From positions 55,353 through 119,352 of the forward strand of contig JAWXAY010000100.1 of the NCBI GenBank assembly GCA_034439715.1: a stretch of 64,000 nt of DNA, read 5' to 3'. Numbering within the stretch: the first letter of the stretch is position 1; each line of letters opens with the position of its first letter. The stretch comes from Pseudomonadota bacterium. Its GTDB lineage: Bacteria; Bdellovibrionota; Bdellovibrionia; Bdellovibrionales; SG-bin7. Made by a program: the position numbers and the translations under genes. The notes beneath the pieces are model-generated. The model was not told where the DNA came from. It was given only the letters and a program-made list of their open reading frames with translations, and did not search any database. Positions 39,983 through 50,316 of this stretch are shown piece after piece.

Positions 39983-40720
39983 TTAATGAATAATCACTGC
40001 GCCCATTTCGGCAAACTGTCTTAACTCGTAGCTACTAAACGGAGCCGCAATAACAGAGGCAGTGGCCGGACGAATAACTCTTTCAATGATATTTCGAACA
40101 TCATAAGCACTGTAGGGTGCTCCCAATATAACAGAGCCTCCCATTTCTGCAAAGCTGCGGCAATCATAGGTGCTAAATTTTCCGCAACGAACCGAAACGC
40201 GACTATGTCCAATACCTATAAAAGTTTTAATATCATAACTACTATATTCATAACCTACTACGACCGAGCCACCTTTCTCGAGCCGTTGTCTAATTTCATA
40301 GGCACTGGTATTGGGATTTTGTTGTCCATCAATGCCTGCGCCCATTTCTGCGAATTGTCGCAGCTCATAGTCACTGTAGCCATGGGCCATTACAATGGCC
40401 GTTGCAGGACTAATAATTTCTTCTAGTATTATACGAACTTCGTAAGCGCTGTAGGGTTGGCCTAAAATCGTAGATGCACTTTTTTCTGCAAACCCTCGGC
40501 AATCATAGACACTAAATCCAGCACCACATCGTACTGTTACTCGGCTTTTACCGATATCTATGAAAGTCCCCACCTCATAAGTACTAAATTCGTTTCCAAC
40601 AACGACTGATCCCCCAGCTTCAAGCTCTTGACGAATTTCATAGGCGCTGGCCCCTAAAGCAGAAGCCGCTGCAAATAAAACTAGGGAGGAACTAAGGATT
40701 AGTTTTTTAATAGGATTCAT
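39983..40720 (-). CDS. secreted repeat protein of unknown function
   Basis: Signal peptide; two ~110-aa halves, 10 SxY[ED]hx motifs in total. Confidence 0.75.
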   Translation of the reverse strand: MNPIKKLILSSSLVLFAAASALGASAYEIRQELEAGGSVVVGNEFSTYEVGTFIDIGKSRVTVRCGAGFSVYDCRGFAEKSASTILGQPYSAYEVRIILEEIISPATAIVMAHGYSDYELRQFAEMGAGIDGQQNPNTSAYEIRQRLEKGGSVVVGYEYSSYDIKTFIGIGHSRVSVRCGKFSTYDCRSFAEMGGSVILGAPYSAYDVRNIIERVIRPATASVIAAPFSSYELRQFAEMGAVIIH

Positions 40721-40875
40721 AAATTCTCCAGTTGGGATTTGAGCTAACACGGCGCAGAGATTACCACAGAGAGCGAAAGACTCAAGGATTTAGCATTTTT
40801 TAGACCTGACGTAGCAAAAATGTAATAGCAGAGTGGACTAGGTTAGAGTAGGATTTTTCATAGATTGAGGTGTGA

Positions 40876-41520
40876 ATGGACCTTGAGATAGGTAATTCCA
40901 GCAAAGCGGTAATAGATTTATCTGATCAAAAAAACCTCTTAGTGCGGCAGGTTCATGAGGTCGCCGAGTTTTTTGGTTTTGAAACGCGCAACAAATACGA
41001 AGTGCTAGATCAAAACCAGAATCTTGTTGCCTTTGCCGCCGAACAACAAAAAGGTTTTTGGGGCTGGTTTATGCGTCAGTTTTTAGGGCATTGGCGCACC
41101 TTTGAAATTCATTTTTTTGATTCGTCAAGAAAACAGTTTATGACGGCCTACCACCCATTTCGATTTTACTTTCAAAGGCTCGAGATTTCCGACGCTAACA
41201 ATTCCGGCCTGGGCGTCATTCAACAAAGGTTCAGCATTTTCTCAAAACGCTTTGATGTTCAAAATCACCGTGGACAAGTTATCTTAGAGGTAGCATCACC
41301 CCTTTGGCGTATTTGGACATTTGATTTTTTTCACAACAATAGGGTTGTCGCAAGCATCAAGAAAAAATGGTCAGGATTATTTTCGGAGGCCTTTACCGAC
41401 AAAGATAATTTTATGATAGAGTTTTCTGATCCTAGTCTATCAAATGAAAAAAAACAGCTTATTCTGGCGGCCGCGGTTTTTGTAGACCTGAAATATTTTG
41501 AACGCAAGGCGCGTAGCTAG
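40876..41520 (+). CDS. phospholipid scramblase / LURP-one-like protein
   Basis: GFETRNKY, IKKKWSG...EAFTD.DNF. Confidence 0.85.
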   Translation: MDLEIGNSSKAVIDLSDQKNLLVRQVHEVAEFFGFETRNKYEVLDQNQNLVAFAAEQQKGFWGWFMRQFLGHWRTFEIHFFDSSRKQFMTAYHPFRFYFQRLEISDANNSGLGVIQQRFSIFSKRFDVQNHRGQVILEVASPLWRIWTFDFFHNNRVVASIKKKWSGLFSEAFTDKDNFMIEFSDPSLSNEKKQLILAAAVFVDLKYFERKARS

Positions 41521-41658
41521 GGTTCGAATTCTCCTTTTGCTTTCGATTCTTACTAGACTAAAATAGGGGAATTCACGAGTCCAGTATAGCCTTTTTTTAA
41601 GAAAAGTTAAAGCATTCCGATAATACCATAGAGGGCAGTACTGTCCAAAGGAGCCGTC

Positions 41659-42687
41659 ATGATGAGATTAATTTTATCCTTATTTATTTTTATTAATTCG
41701 CCTATTTTGATGGCGAAACAACTTAAAATTAATAACGTGGCAGAAAATAAAGCTCTTGAAAAATATATGAATTCCTTTAAAAATCTCGCAGAGGTTTTTG
41801 AAAACCTAGTTCAATTTGGAATCATTACTATTGGTGACAAGGACGAGATCGTCAAATTTCTAGTTAAAGAAAATGTAGATGTAAAAGCTAACCTGCCGCC
41901 CGTTAAGGCGGTTGGGGACAAGTTGTTAGTTGGCAAAGCATCCGGCTTTGTGCTGGATACGGCATATGATATTCGCACCTTAGAAGGTGAGCTTATCAAG
42001 GTTCCAAAAGGCATGTCAGTTGCAGAGACTTTCGAATACATCTATCGCAAACAAACTCGAGCGAAAAGTACTGCTTTTTTAGAATTATTCATTAGCGTAG
42101 CCCATGCAGTTAGGAATGACGAAATAGCTCTTGAGGGCGCAAAAGCTTCGCTAGCTGATATGGTCGCGCGCTTTGGAAAGATATACTCGGGACTTTCAAG
42201 TTTTTTTAAAAGCGATGCTGCAGCAACAGACGGGGTTGATAACGGAGTAACCGCCACGCATTTGTGGCCAGTTCGCGAGTTTTTATCGAAGGGGTCGGTG
42301 TTTTGTCAGGGTAAGGACTTTCAAATTGCAGGAATTTATCCTAGCAATGAATGGCTAGAAGTTTTCCGAATTTTTTCTCTTAAATCGCTTGAAGAGCCTA
42401 AAAAATCGTGCGCTTCCGGTCGACTAAGTAAAGATGAAGGTCGTTCAACGAATTTCTGTAAGTTGATCAGTGCTACTCTTGTTTTTAAGGACTCAGTAGA
42501 CTTACAAAAGGACATCTTTTACATAAAGAATGAGAAGGCTCAAAAGTTTTTAGGCGAATCCCGCCCCCGATGTAATAAAGAGAATGCAAAGAAAGTCAAA
42601 AATGCAATGATAAGTGAAATTCAAACCATACTCGAAGAGAAACCCAAAGTAGGTTTAGATAAATCCATTCAGCCTGGCACTGACTAA
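41659..42687 (+). CDS. secreted hypothetical protein
   Basis: AGGAG RBS, signal peptide, 342-aa ORF. Confidence 0.65.
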   Translation: MMRLILSLFIFINSPILMAKQLKINNVAENKALEKYMNSFKNLAEVFENLVQFGIITIGDKDEIVKFLVKENVDVKANLPPVKAVGDKLLVGKASGFVLDTAYDIRTLEGELIKVPKGMSVAETFEYIYRKQTRAKSTAFLELFISVAHAVRNDEIALEGAKASLADMVARFGKIYSGLSSFFKSDAAATDGVDNGVTATHLWPVREFLSKGSVFCQGKDFQIAGIYPSNEWLEVFRIFSLKSLEEPKKSCASGRLSKDEGRSTNFCKLISATLVFKDSVDLQKDIFYIKNEKAQKFLGESRPRCNKENAKKVKNAMISEIQTILEEKPKVGLDKSIQPGTD

Positions 42688-43259
42688 GTGCTAAGTAATT
42701 TGGAGTAAACAGTTTCCCAGCCTTGGTTTTCGCCCAGTAGAGTGACGTCCTGAGCGCCTGAACTATCTAATACATTTTTTGCTTGTCTGGCTTCGTCGGC
42801 ACTACTCACGTGAACCGACATTAAAATGCCGCCTGAGTCCACATAGTCGCCGTAGCGTTTGCCCGCGCTTTCAGGCGTGCCGATTCCAACCAAGGCGCCG
42901 CTGGCGGCCCCAAGAACCACCCCGCTAATAAGTCCGCCCAAAACTAAAAGCATTTGATTTGGAAAAACTGCTAAGTTCTGTAAGGCCATCACAGGAATGG
43001 CGCCCATGCTTACCAACATGCTAACGACCATAAGCAGAGGTCCGCCAATAGCCGCACCCACTAGCGCACCAGTTAGGATCAATGACCTCTGTCGTTGTGG
43101 AAAATCCTGTGGACCACGGTGGGGAGGGTAAAGAATCGCAATATTCGATTCAGTAAATCCTCGTGCGTGCAATTCGTCTTTAGCTAAGCTGACCTCCGAC
43201 TCGGTACGAAAAACTCCAAAAGCAGCCTTGCTTTCCTCTAAATTTTTTTGAATCTCCAT
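42684..43259 (-). CDS. general-stress-type membrane protein
   Basis: FGVF....V..A..EL...GF, Gly-rich TM hairpin, GALVGIG.PE....Y....GG.L.SVH. Confidence 0.7.
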   Translation of the reverse strand: MEIQKNLEESKAAFGVFRTESEVSLAKDELHARGFTESNIAILYPPHRGPQDFPQRQRSLILTGALVGAAIGGPLLMVVSMLVSMGAIPVMALQNLAVFPNQMLLVLGGLISGVVLGAASGALVGIGTPESAGKRYGDYVDSGGILMSVHVSSADEARQAKNVLDSSGAQDVTLLGENQGWETVYSKLLST

Positions 43260-43271
43260 TTTAAACTCCTT

Positions 43272-43946
43272 TTATTGTATTGAACCAACGTGCACTGAAC
43301 CGTCTTTTTCTAGCGATGTGTGAATGGGTGGAGTCGGAACTGCTTTTGCCAAGCACTTTTCGACGAAGCTCCAATCGACCACTTGCCAAAAATTCTGAAT
43401 ATAGGTTTTGCGATCATTTTTGTAATCCAAGTAGTACGCATGCTCCCACACGTCACAAGCCAACAATGGAATCTTGCCATATACCAATGGATTTTCTGCG
43501 TTACTGCTGCTGAAAATCTCTAGTGATTGATCGGGGTTTTTTACCAACCAAGTCCAGCCCGAACCAAATAGTTCACTGGCCTCTAAGCTAAATTCATCCA
43601 CAAATTGTTTTGCACTGCCAAAATTTTCACTGAGAACCTTAGTCAGTCTTTTTGAGGGCTTTTGGTTGTGATCACTGCTCAAACAGTTCCAAAAAAAAGT
43701 ATGGTTCCAAGTTTGACTGGCGTTGTCGAAGATTTTTTTTTCTTTGTCTGAGTTTTTCATGTTCGCCGTCTTTAATATAATTTCAACCAATGACAGCTTA
43801 GCGTAGGGCGTACCACGAACCAATTTGTTGACTTTATCCACATAATTTTTGTGGTGCTTTTTATAATGAAACTTTGTAGTTTGTGATGAGATATAGGGCT
43901 CAAGAGCATCAAAATCGTAAGGTAACGGCGAAAGTTGAATTGGCAT
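43272..43946 (-). CDS. sodB: Fe/Mn superoxide dismutase
   Basis: LPY..DALEP, HY.KHH, WNHTFFW, FGSGW.WL, DVWEHAYY. Confidence 0.92.
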   Translation of the reverse strand: MPIQLSPLPYDFDALEPYISSQTTKFHYKKHHKNYVDKVNKLVRGTPYAKLSLVEIILKTANMKNSDKEKKIFDNASQTWNHTFFWNCLSSDHNQKPSKRLTKVLSENFGSAKQFVDEFSLEASELFGSGWTWLVKNPDQSLEIFSSSNAENPLVYGKIPLLACDVWEHAYYLDYKNDRKTYIQNFWQVVDWSFVEKCLAKAVPTPPIHTSLEKDGSVHVGSIQ

Positions 43947-44014
43947 TATCTCTCCTTTTTTGCTTTTTTTTGACATATAGCGATAGGCGCGACCGGTGAC
44001 TAATGTGTTGTATC

Positions 44015-44030
44015 TGCAATTTCTTGTCCA
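44015..44030 (-). promoter_or_regulatory. putative sigma54 (-24/-12) promoter of sod
   Basis: TGGACA-N5-TTGCA on the minus strand. Confidence 0.55.
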
Positions 44031-44127
44031 AGGTGTTCAGGTGGGATCAATAGCGATAGACGCTTGGTTCGCAGATAAGATCGGGGTAAAATGGGATCTT
44101 TGGGACATAACTCCACATAACAACTGA

Positions 44128-45510
44128 CTAAGCAGCTATCAACTTTGACTGATCTTGTTTTAAGGGAAGCTCAATAACAAAACGTGTTCTGGAGGAGGTG
44201 GAGTCATAGCGAAGACTGCCTTGATGATCCTCAATAATTCCTTTTGAAATACTCAACCCTAACCCCGTGCCCTTTCCAATCTCTTTGGTCGTAAAGAATG
44301 GCTGCATTAATTTATCAACAATATGTGGTTGTATACCGTAACCACTATCAGTTACCGAGATTTGAACTCTTTCATTCGAAGATTTTATATCAATGCGCAC
44401 CCATTTCTCTGGTAAAGAGCTTACAGCATCAAAGGAATTATTTAGAAGATTTGAAAGTACCTGAGCTATTTGAGTGGCGCGACCTTCTACTAACGTCTTA
44501 GGAAATGAATTTAACACGAGCTCTACAGAATAATTTTTAAATCTCTCGGAGCACAGAGAAAAAACATCTTTAAACAGATCGGATAAGTCCACTGAAGCGA
44601 AAGGATCTTTATCGCCATTCCTTGAAAAGGCGACCAATCCGCGAACGATTTTTGCAATCCGCTCGGATTCCGAAAAAATACTTTCGAGCTGTACGATTCC
44701 ATTTTCTAAGGTAAATTTATTGCCGTGAATAAGTCTTATAAGGTGACTTGCTTTTCCTTGAATAATCGCCAGGGGATTATTTATTTCATGTGCAATACCA
44801 CCAGACATTTCTCCAAGAGACGACATCTTTGAGGCATTAACCAATTGAGCCCGTTGTTCATCTATTTGTTTTTCTCTGACAACAGCCTCTGTCATATCGC
44901 GAAAAAACCAAACTCTGGCAATTATGGTGGTTTCAAGAGTAAGTGGCACAGAATAGCAGTTAAAAATCCGTCCATCGCGAAAGACTAACGCGTCGTAACT
45001 CACAATTTCTGGAGACGAATGCAGACCTTTTACTAATTCGAAAAACTGGCCAGGTTCAGCAAGTTGACCTAAGACATAGCCAATAATTTTCGGATCATCT
45101 TTTTGCTCAGAGAGTTCTTCTGAAATATTCCACATACTTAAAAGTCGTTGGTTATTTCTTATGATCTTTCCGGATTTATGATCAACGACAAGAATACCGT
45201 CAGTCGAAGCTTCTAATATAGAATCTGTAAAAGCTAAAAGTCGTTTGTGTTCCGAAGCATTTAAGAGAAGCTCGCTGTTTGTGCGTTCAAGTTCAGATTC
45301 AGATCTATTTTTAAGTTTCCTGTAGAGTTCTTCCATTTCCACGGTGGAAACAGCCAAAGTGTTTTCAGTAAGTTCAAGGCGGTCTGTGGCTTCTGACACT
45401 AAATTAGATAGTGATTTGAGAATTGCCTGCCAGGCCTCTAGCTGAGTGGGAAGGGAGTCAGAGTTCATTCCCAACTGACTAATGCAGCGTAATACCTTGG
45501 GATGAAGCAT
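44128..45510 (-). CDS. PAS-domain cytoplasmic sensor histidine kinase
   Basis: PAS (DGILVVD..N...W); H-box AHEINNPL; N, D, F and G boxes. Confidence 0.92.
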   Translation of the reverse strand: MLHPKVLRCISQLGMNSDSLPTQLEAWQAILKSLSNLVSEATDRLELTENTLAVSTVEMEELYRKLKNRSESELERTNSELLLNASEHKRLLAFTDSILEASTDGILVVDHKSGKIIRNNQRLLSMWNISEELSEQKDDPKIIGYVLGQLAEPGQFFELVKGLHSSPEIVSYDALVFRDGRIFNCYSVPLTLETTIIARVWFFRDMTEAVVREKQIDEQRAQLVNASKMSSLGEMSGGIAHEINNPLAIIQGKASHLIRLIHGNKFTLENGIVQLESIFSESERIAKIVRGLVAFSRNGDKDPFASVDLSDLFKDVFSLCSERFKNYSVELVLNSFPKTLVEGRATQIAQVLSNLLNNSFDAVSSLPEKWVRIDIKSSNERVQISVTDSGYGIQPHIVDKLMQPFFTTKEIGKGTGLGLSISKGIIEDHQGSLRYDSTSSRTRFVIELPLKQDQSKLIAA

Positions 45511-45511
45511 A

Positions 45512-46666
45512 TTATGCTGCCTTTTTTTCTTGTATCCACGTCAAAGTGACCGTTTGATTATGTAAGTCTCCGATATTGGACTCTCCAGGGGCAAGTTCTC
45601 CGTAAGAATAAAAACCAGTCTGTAGGGATTGTTTTGGCAACAGCTCAAATATTCTCTGCACTTCGTCTTGAGTGCTCGAGCCAAGAACAATTCTTCGTCC
45701 CACACAAGATACCATAATGCTAAGTATCGGACTGTCTTTGGCTAAATCGTCCCGGCAGGCCTGCGCACACAAGGACGCAGCTTCTAGAAGACTTTTCTCA
45801 GTTGAACGCATGAAACGCACATTCTCGCCCTCAGGAATATCGCCGGCAAATGTCATAGATTGATTTTTATCATCAACGGCTAAGATTGTACGAACTAAGT
45901 TATGTATGTTCTTTTGACCGCTCAGGTTTTTTGAAATGAGTAGTAGTGGAAAATACAAAGCTGAGGCCGGTAACTTTTTTGCACCTTCACCCAAAAATTC
46001 TTTATAGAGCTCTAGCGCGGGAATATCATCAAGTGCATAAAGAATATTACCTTTCGATGATGTAACCTTTCTTTCAATGCCAAATGGAATCCAGCCCCCC
46101 ATAGCATGCGCCGTCATAACAAGTGACTCACCATAAAATGCGACTACTGAAACTAAATCCTGGGAACATATTTGGTCATGCAAAACTTGAGTGCTTTGGA
46201 ATCGAGTTCCATCTCCTGCGAGTCCCCCACTTATGAGGACACCGGGTTCAATTTGAGAGCGAATTCCCGACATAAGCTCGCTTCCATTCACCTCAATACC
46301 CTTGCTAAAAACACATATTCCACGTAAATTTTTGCCTCTCGCGGCAACTGCAATTTGTTGACCCGTCTTAAAACAATCTGAAACATTGGTGATTTTGAAA
46401 GAAAAGCTATTGATTTGAGATTTTTCAAAGACTGCAGTAGTGACAATTATTTTTTGGTCAACGAGCGAATTGTTTGCAATCTCTCCTGCTCCGCTACATC
46501 CTACAATATGAGAATTGGGCAAGATTTTCTTAATTTCTTTAACTACATTACTCAAATTGGCATCAGGGTGAAAAAATACAAACGAAACTGTGTTCTTTGA
46601 GTCTAAAGATGGATCAAGGGGCGACTCCCAGTTCCCATTATAAATAATATTTTGACTCAATTTCAT
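45512..46666 (-). CDS. FIST-domain (NosP-like) sensor protein
   Basis: VGCSGAGEI, SGGLAGDG, GW.PFG, SCVGRR, GFYSYGE. Confidence 0.92.
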   Translation of the reverse strand: MKLSQNIIYNGNWESPLDPSLDSKNTVSFVFFHPDANLSNVVKEIKKILPNSHIVGCSGAGEIANNSLVDQKIIVTTAVFEKSQINSFSFKITNVSDCFKTGQQIAVAARGKNLRGICVFSKGIEVNGSELMSGIRSQIEPGVLISGGLAGDGTRFQSTQVLHDQICSQDLVSVVAFYGESLVMTAHAMGGWIPFGIERKVTSSKGNILYALDDIPALELYKEFLGEGAKKLPASALYFPLLLISKNLSGQKNIHNLVRTILAVDDKNQSMTFAGDIPEGENVRFMRSTEKSLLEAASLCAQACRDDLAKDSPILSIMVSCVGRRIVLGSSTQDEVQRIFELLPKQSLQTGFYSYGELAPGESNIGDLHNQTVTLTWIQEKKAA

Positions 46667-46791
46667 ATTTTGACCTAAAGTGGTGTATTCACTATCGGTA
46701 AATACTCAAAATACTAAATATAAAACTACAATTTGTCGTCTAAAAATGAGACAGAAAAGATTCATGCGGGACAGAGAGCTGCCTTTTTGTT

Positions 46792-47232
46792 TCATTTTTT
46801 TTCTCCTATTTTTTTTGAATATGCGAAAGCTCGCTTAGTCCAACCATTTTTCTCATAAAATTTAATTCCACCTTCATTCTCAATACCTGTGCAGAGTCGA
46901 AGGCCACTGCAATTAAGTTCTTTAGCCATACTTTCGGCATAATTAAGAAGTTCGGCGCCCAGACCTCTTGACCTCGAATTTTCAGTTGATACTAGGTCAT
47001 CAACATACATATGCTTGCCGCGAACATAGTCGAATAGAATTCGGTAGCCCATAACCGCCAAAACTTTGCCATCCACTTCGGTTGCTATAATTTCATAGCC
47101 ATCACTTTTATGTGATTGCTCATAGATAGAAAAATAATCGTTTATATTAAGGTGTGGTCTTAGCTCTTTTATAATGGGGAAGCATCTTTCCAAATCAGAA
47201 CTGGTGCGAGCTACAAATATTGTTTTTGTCAT
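46792..47232 (-). CDS. GNAT acetyltransferase
   Basis: ELRPHL, YVDDLV....RS.G.G, FYEKNG. Confidence 0.9.
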   Translation of the reverse strand: MTKTIFVARTSSDLERCFPIIKELRPHLNINDYFSIYEQSHKSDGYEIIATEVDGKVLAVMGYRILFDYVRGKHMYVDDLVSTENSRSRGLGAELLNYAESMAKELNCSGLRLCTGIENEGGIKFYEKNGWTKRAFAYSKKIGEKK

Positions 47233-47343
47233 AAAATCTCCCGAATTTCTATAATAAACCCAAATGTACACGGTTAGTTGGAAAAAGAAAAGAGTGAGAA
47301 GAGATTCTGTGTTGAAATTTGTTCGGCAATGTGACTTGTATAG

Positions 47344-48702
47344 CTACGAGAGCGAAATACAGACGCTTTTTAGTCGTTTCAGTTGAGCGGTTTGGTAAGC
47401 ACCGAAGGCGCCATTGAAAAGGCAACGTATTAATGGGTCTTCGACAACATCTGCAGACCCAATTTCTTTTTCAATATCGGAGTCGAAGATCCGGTCGTTG
47501 ATTCGCATATACATTGAGGTTAACGATTCTCCTAAATTTAAAGCTGCATAAAGTTTAGAAATAGGAACTTCGGTGGACCAGGATATGCTCGCATCGTCTT
47601 GGGGAGCGCGTTTAATGCCATCGCTGTTTAAAACGTAACGGAAAATCCTGACCTCTCCCTTGTGATCATAGAGGGATAACTGCCAAAGTCTTGGTTTTTT
47701 GAAGTAGGAATCCACAGGTGGTTCCATCGAGTTGTATTTTTCAAGAAGGCCTGAACGACAATAGTCGTAAACGCTTTCTGTTTGTTCCAACGTCAGCGGC
47801 GCGAATTGTCTAGAAATTTCTGCTGTCGCAGGCGGGTTCACGTTCCCGTTGTATTGGTAATCGAGGTCCTGTTCTCCAACCGGTTGAATCCAAGTCAACG
47901 AAGAAGACATCTCGAGGGAGGTCTTATTTAACTCGACCGCGACCGACGGGTTTAATCTCACGACGCGAGAACTTGGCAGCGCGGATTCGACCTCTTGTTT
48001 AAACTGCCGGTAAGAAATGGGAAACAAAGCTTGGTTGTACCATGACCAGCTTTCCTGAACGAACTGACAAGAACTTGGCACGATGTATCTGGGATTTAAT
48101 ATTTTTAATTGCTCTATCCATTCAGATGGCAGCTGAACGGCAGCTTTATTAGCTCTTGAAGGTGTTAGAACTTCGATTTCACGCATGGTCTGAAATGGCC
48201 AAAGAACCATGTCCCATGGTGCAATTCTGCCAAGTTCCTTTAGTGTTGAAGAATCGATCCACGAATCGACAACATTTAGAACATTAAGACCACCCGCTTT
48301 GATTTGAAACATCGAGTCTACATCTGAATCTAGTGCTTTGCGTGGAGTGATTTCAATCGAACATATTGTAATGGGCGCGTCGATTTCCAATTGTTGAACA
48401 TTTTTGAAGCCGAGTTCTCTAATCAAAAAAAAGAGTTCCTCAAAGAGGCAGAAGATATAAATTGGGGTATTTCGGTCTAAGAAATTCAAACTTTCTAAAG
48501 AACAGTGATCGTCGTGAAAGTGAGAAATAAAGATCGCTGCAAATTTAAGTTTTTTGATTTTCTCATGGTCAAACCTAACATTAGGGAAAGCGTGACAGTT
48601 CTTGCTAAATGGATTTTCGAAAATTGGGTCAAAAGCGATTTGAGTTTTGTCATGCTCGAATATGTACCCAGCGTGGAGGATTCGGGAAATTTTGAGCGTC
48701 AT
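47344..48702 (-). CDS. MBL-fold metallo-hydrolase
   Basis: HAGY, FDP, SHFHDDH (HxHxDH). Confidence 0.8.
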   Translation of the reverse strand: MTLKISRILHAGYIFEHDKTQIAFDPIFENPFSKNCHAFPNVRFDHEKIKKLKFAAIFISHFHDDHCSLESLNFLDRNTPIYIFCLFEELFFLIRELGFKNVQQLEIDAPITICSIEITPRKALDSDVDSMFQIKAGGLNVLNVVDSWIDSSTLKELGRIAPWDMVLWPFQTMREIEVLTPSRANKAAVQLPSEWIEQLKILNPRYIVPSSCQFVQESWSWYNQALFPISYRQFKQEVESALPSSRVVRLNPSVAVELNKTSLEMSSSLTWIQPVGEQDLDYQYNGNVNPPATAEISRQFAPLTLEQTESVYDYCRSGLLEKYNSMEPPVDSYFKKPRLWQLSLYDHKGEVRIFRYVLNSDGIKRAPQDDASISWSTEVPISKLYAALNLGESLTSMYMRINDRIFDSDIEKEIGSADVVEDPLIRCLFNGAFGAYQTAQLKRLKSVCISLS

Positions 48703-48774
48703 GTAGACTGATATTATACAATGACGTTTCAAGTGTCCAATAAAACTTTCGCAATTACACGTATTTCACCACTC

Positions 48775-48835
48775 TTGACAAACCCCCCCTTTCCTTTATA
48801 GTTAACTATATAGTTAATTAACCAATTGGATAATT
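48775..48835 (+). promoter_or_regulatory. sigma70 promoter with tandem palindromic operator (likely ArsR autoregulation)
   Basis: TTGACA-16-TATAGT; perfect palindrome TTAACTATATAGTTAA (48802-48817) and near-palindrome at 48816-48835. Confidence 0.7.
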
Positions 48836-48847
48836 ATAAAGATTATT

Positions 48848-49207
48848 ATGAATCGAGACCAACTGAGCTTAACATTTGCGGCTTTGAGTGACCCTACACG
48901 GAGGGCTATGCTGGTTCGGCTGTCAAAAGGCGAAGCCAGTGTCTCAGAATTAGCAAAGCCCTTTATGAAAGAAATGAGTGCTCCCGCGATTACAAAGCAT
49001 CTCAAGGTCCTAGAAAAAGCGGGACTGATTTCTAAGGGTCGAGAGGCACAATGGCGACCTTGCAAATTAAATGGTGAGCCTTTTAAGAAAATCGCTGATT
49101 GGGTCGAGCATTATCGAAAATTTTGGGAAGAAAGTTTTAATCGGCTAGATGATTATTTAAAAACAATGACAATTAGGAAGGAAAAGAAAAATGGTCGCAA
49201 AAAATAA
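48848..49207 (+). CDS. ArsR/SmtB family transcriptional regulator
   Basis: FAALSDPTRR, V.ELA.P, KHLKVLE.AGLI. Confidence 0.93.
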   Translation: MNRDQLSLTFAALSDPTRRAMLVRLSKGEASVSELAKPFMKEMSAPAITKHLKVLEKAGLISKGREAQWRPCKLNGEPFKKIADWVEHYRKFWEESFNRLDDYLKTMTIRKEKKNGRKK

Positions 49208-50132
49208 ATCCAACGAAATTTATATTACCCGAATCTTTGAGGCTCCTGTGAAGATGGTTTGGGACGCATGGACGGACCCGAAACAAGTTGCTAAATGGTG
49301 GGGCCCGCGCGGCTTTACTATTACGACTCTTAGCCATGACCTTAAAACCGGCGGCACTTGGAGTTATATTATGCACGGACCCGATGGTGTCGATTATCCC
49401 AATAATACTAAATATCTAGAAGTGGAAAAATATTCTCATATGGTTTATGACCACGGCGGCAGTGATAAAAAACCGCCTATGTTTAGGGTGAGCGTTAATT
49501 TTACTGAAGTTAACGGCAAAACTAAAATGGAAATGAGTATGGCGCTTCCCACTGCCGAAGCAGCGAGTGAAACGAAAAAATTCATTAAAAAAGTGGGTGG
49601 CGATGCGACTTGGGACAGACTTGCTGAGTATTTGTCTCCCATCGATAAATTTGTAATCAATCGCAGTTTTGATGCTCCCATCGATCTTATGTTTAAGTTG
49701 TGGACTGACCCAAAACACGTTTCGAAGTGGGTGCCACCTACAGGTTTCACTATGGAGTACCTAAAAGTCGATATCAAACCCGGGGGTACCGGCTTTTACG
49801 TTATGAAAGGTGGTGGTGGTATGAAAATGTATGGTAAGGCCAATTATATAGAAATCACCAAACCCAATCGCATTGTCTATACTCAAATCTTTTGCGACGA
49901 AAATGAAAAAATCAGTCGCCACCCTATGGCCCCAACTTGGCCAGAAACCATGTTAACCACTGTTGCTTTGACAGAAGAGGGACCTGATAGAACACGAGTC
50001 ACTATCACGTGGGAAGTCTATGGCGAAGCCAGTGCGCTCGAGCGTGAGACGTTCAACAAGGCCAAAGGCGGCATGACACAGGGCTGGAGTGGATCATTTG
50101 AAAAGCTAGAAGAGTATTTGACGGGAGTTTAA
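49191..50132 (+). CDS. tandem SRPBCC (AHSA1-like) domain protein
   Basis: Two R.F.AP....WTDP....W repeats. Confidence 0.9.
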   Translation: MVAKNKSNEIYITRIFEAPVKMVWDAWTDPKQVAKWWGPRGFTITTLSHDLKTGGTWSYIMHGPDGVDYPNNTKYLEVEKYSHMVYDHGGSDKKPPMFRVSVNFTEVNGKTKMEMSMALPTAEAASETKKFIKKVGGDATWDRLAEYLSPIDKFVINRSFDAPIDLMFKLWTDPKHVSKWVPPTGFTMEYLKVDIKPGGTGFYVMKGGGGMKMYGKANYIEITKPNRIVYTQIFCDENEKISRHPMAPTWPETMLTTVALTEEGPDRTRVTITWEVYGEASALERETFNKAKGGMTQGWSGSFEKLEEYLTGV

Positions 50133-50263
50133 TTCTTCTTTTTTGAGACGTTTTTATTACGGGCGTATCAATTCCCGACGTCGAACTTCTAGTTAATTTT
50201 AGCGAGATAGACAGCCTCATCTCAAAGTAATCCGGCTGCGGGGTCCTGTATTTGAGCCTTTAC

Positions 50264-50278
50264 TGGCACCCTTGTTGC
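50264..50278 (+). promoter_or_regulatory. sigma54 (-24/-12) promoter
   Basis: Consensus TGGCAC-N5-TTGC about 40 bp before the ATG at 50317. Confidence 0.7.
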
Positions 50279-50316
50279 TATTATAATTCATGTAACGTTC
50301 GTCAACTGGGGGTTTT

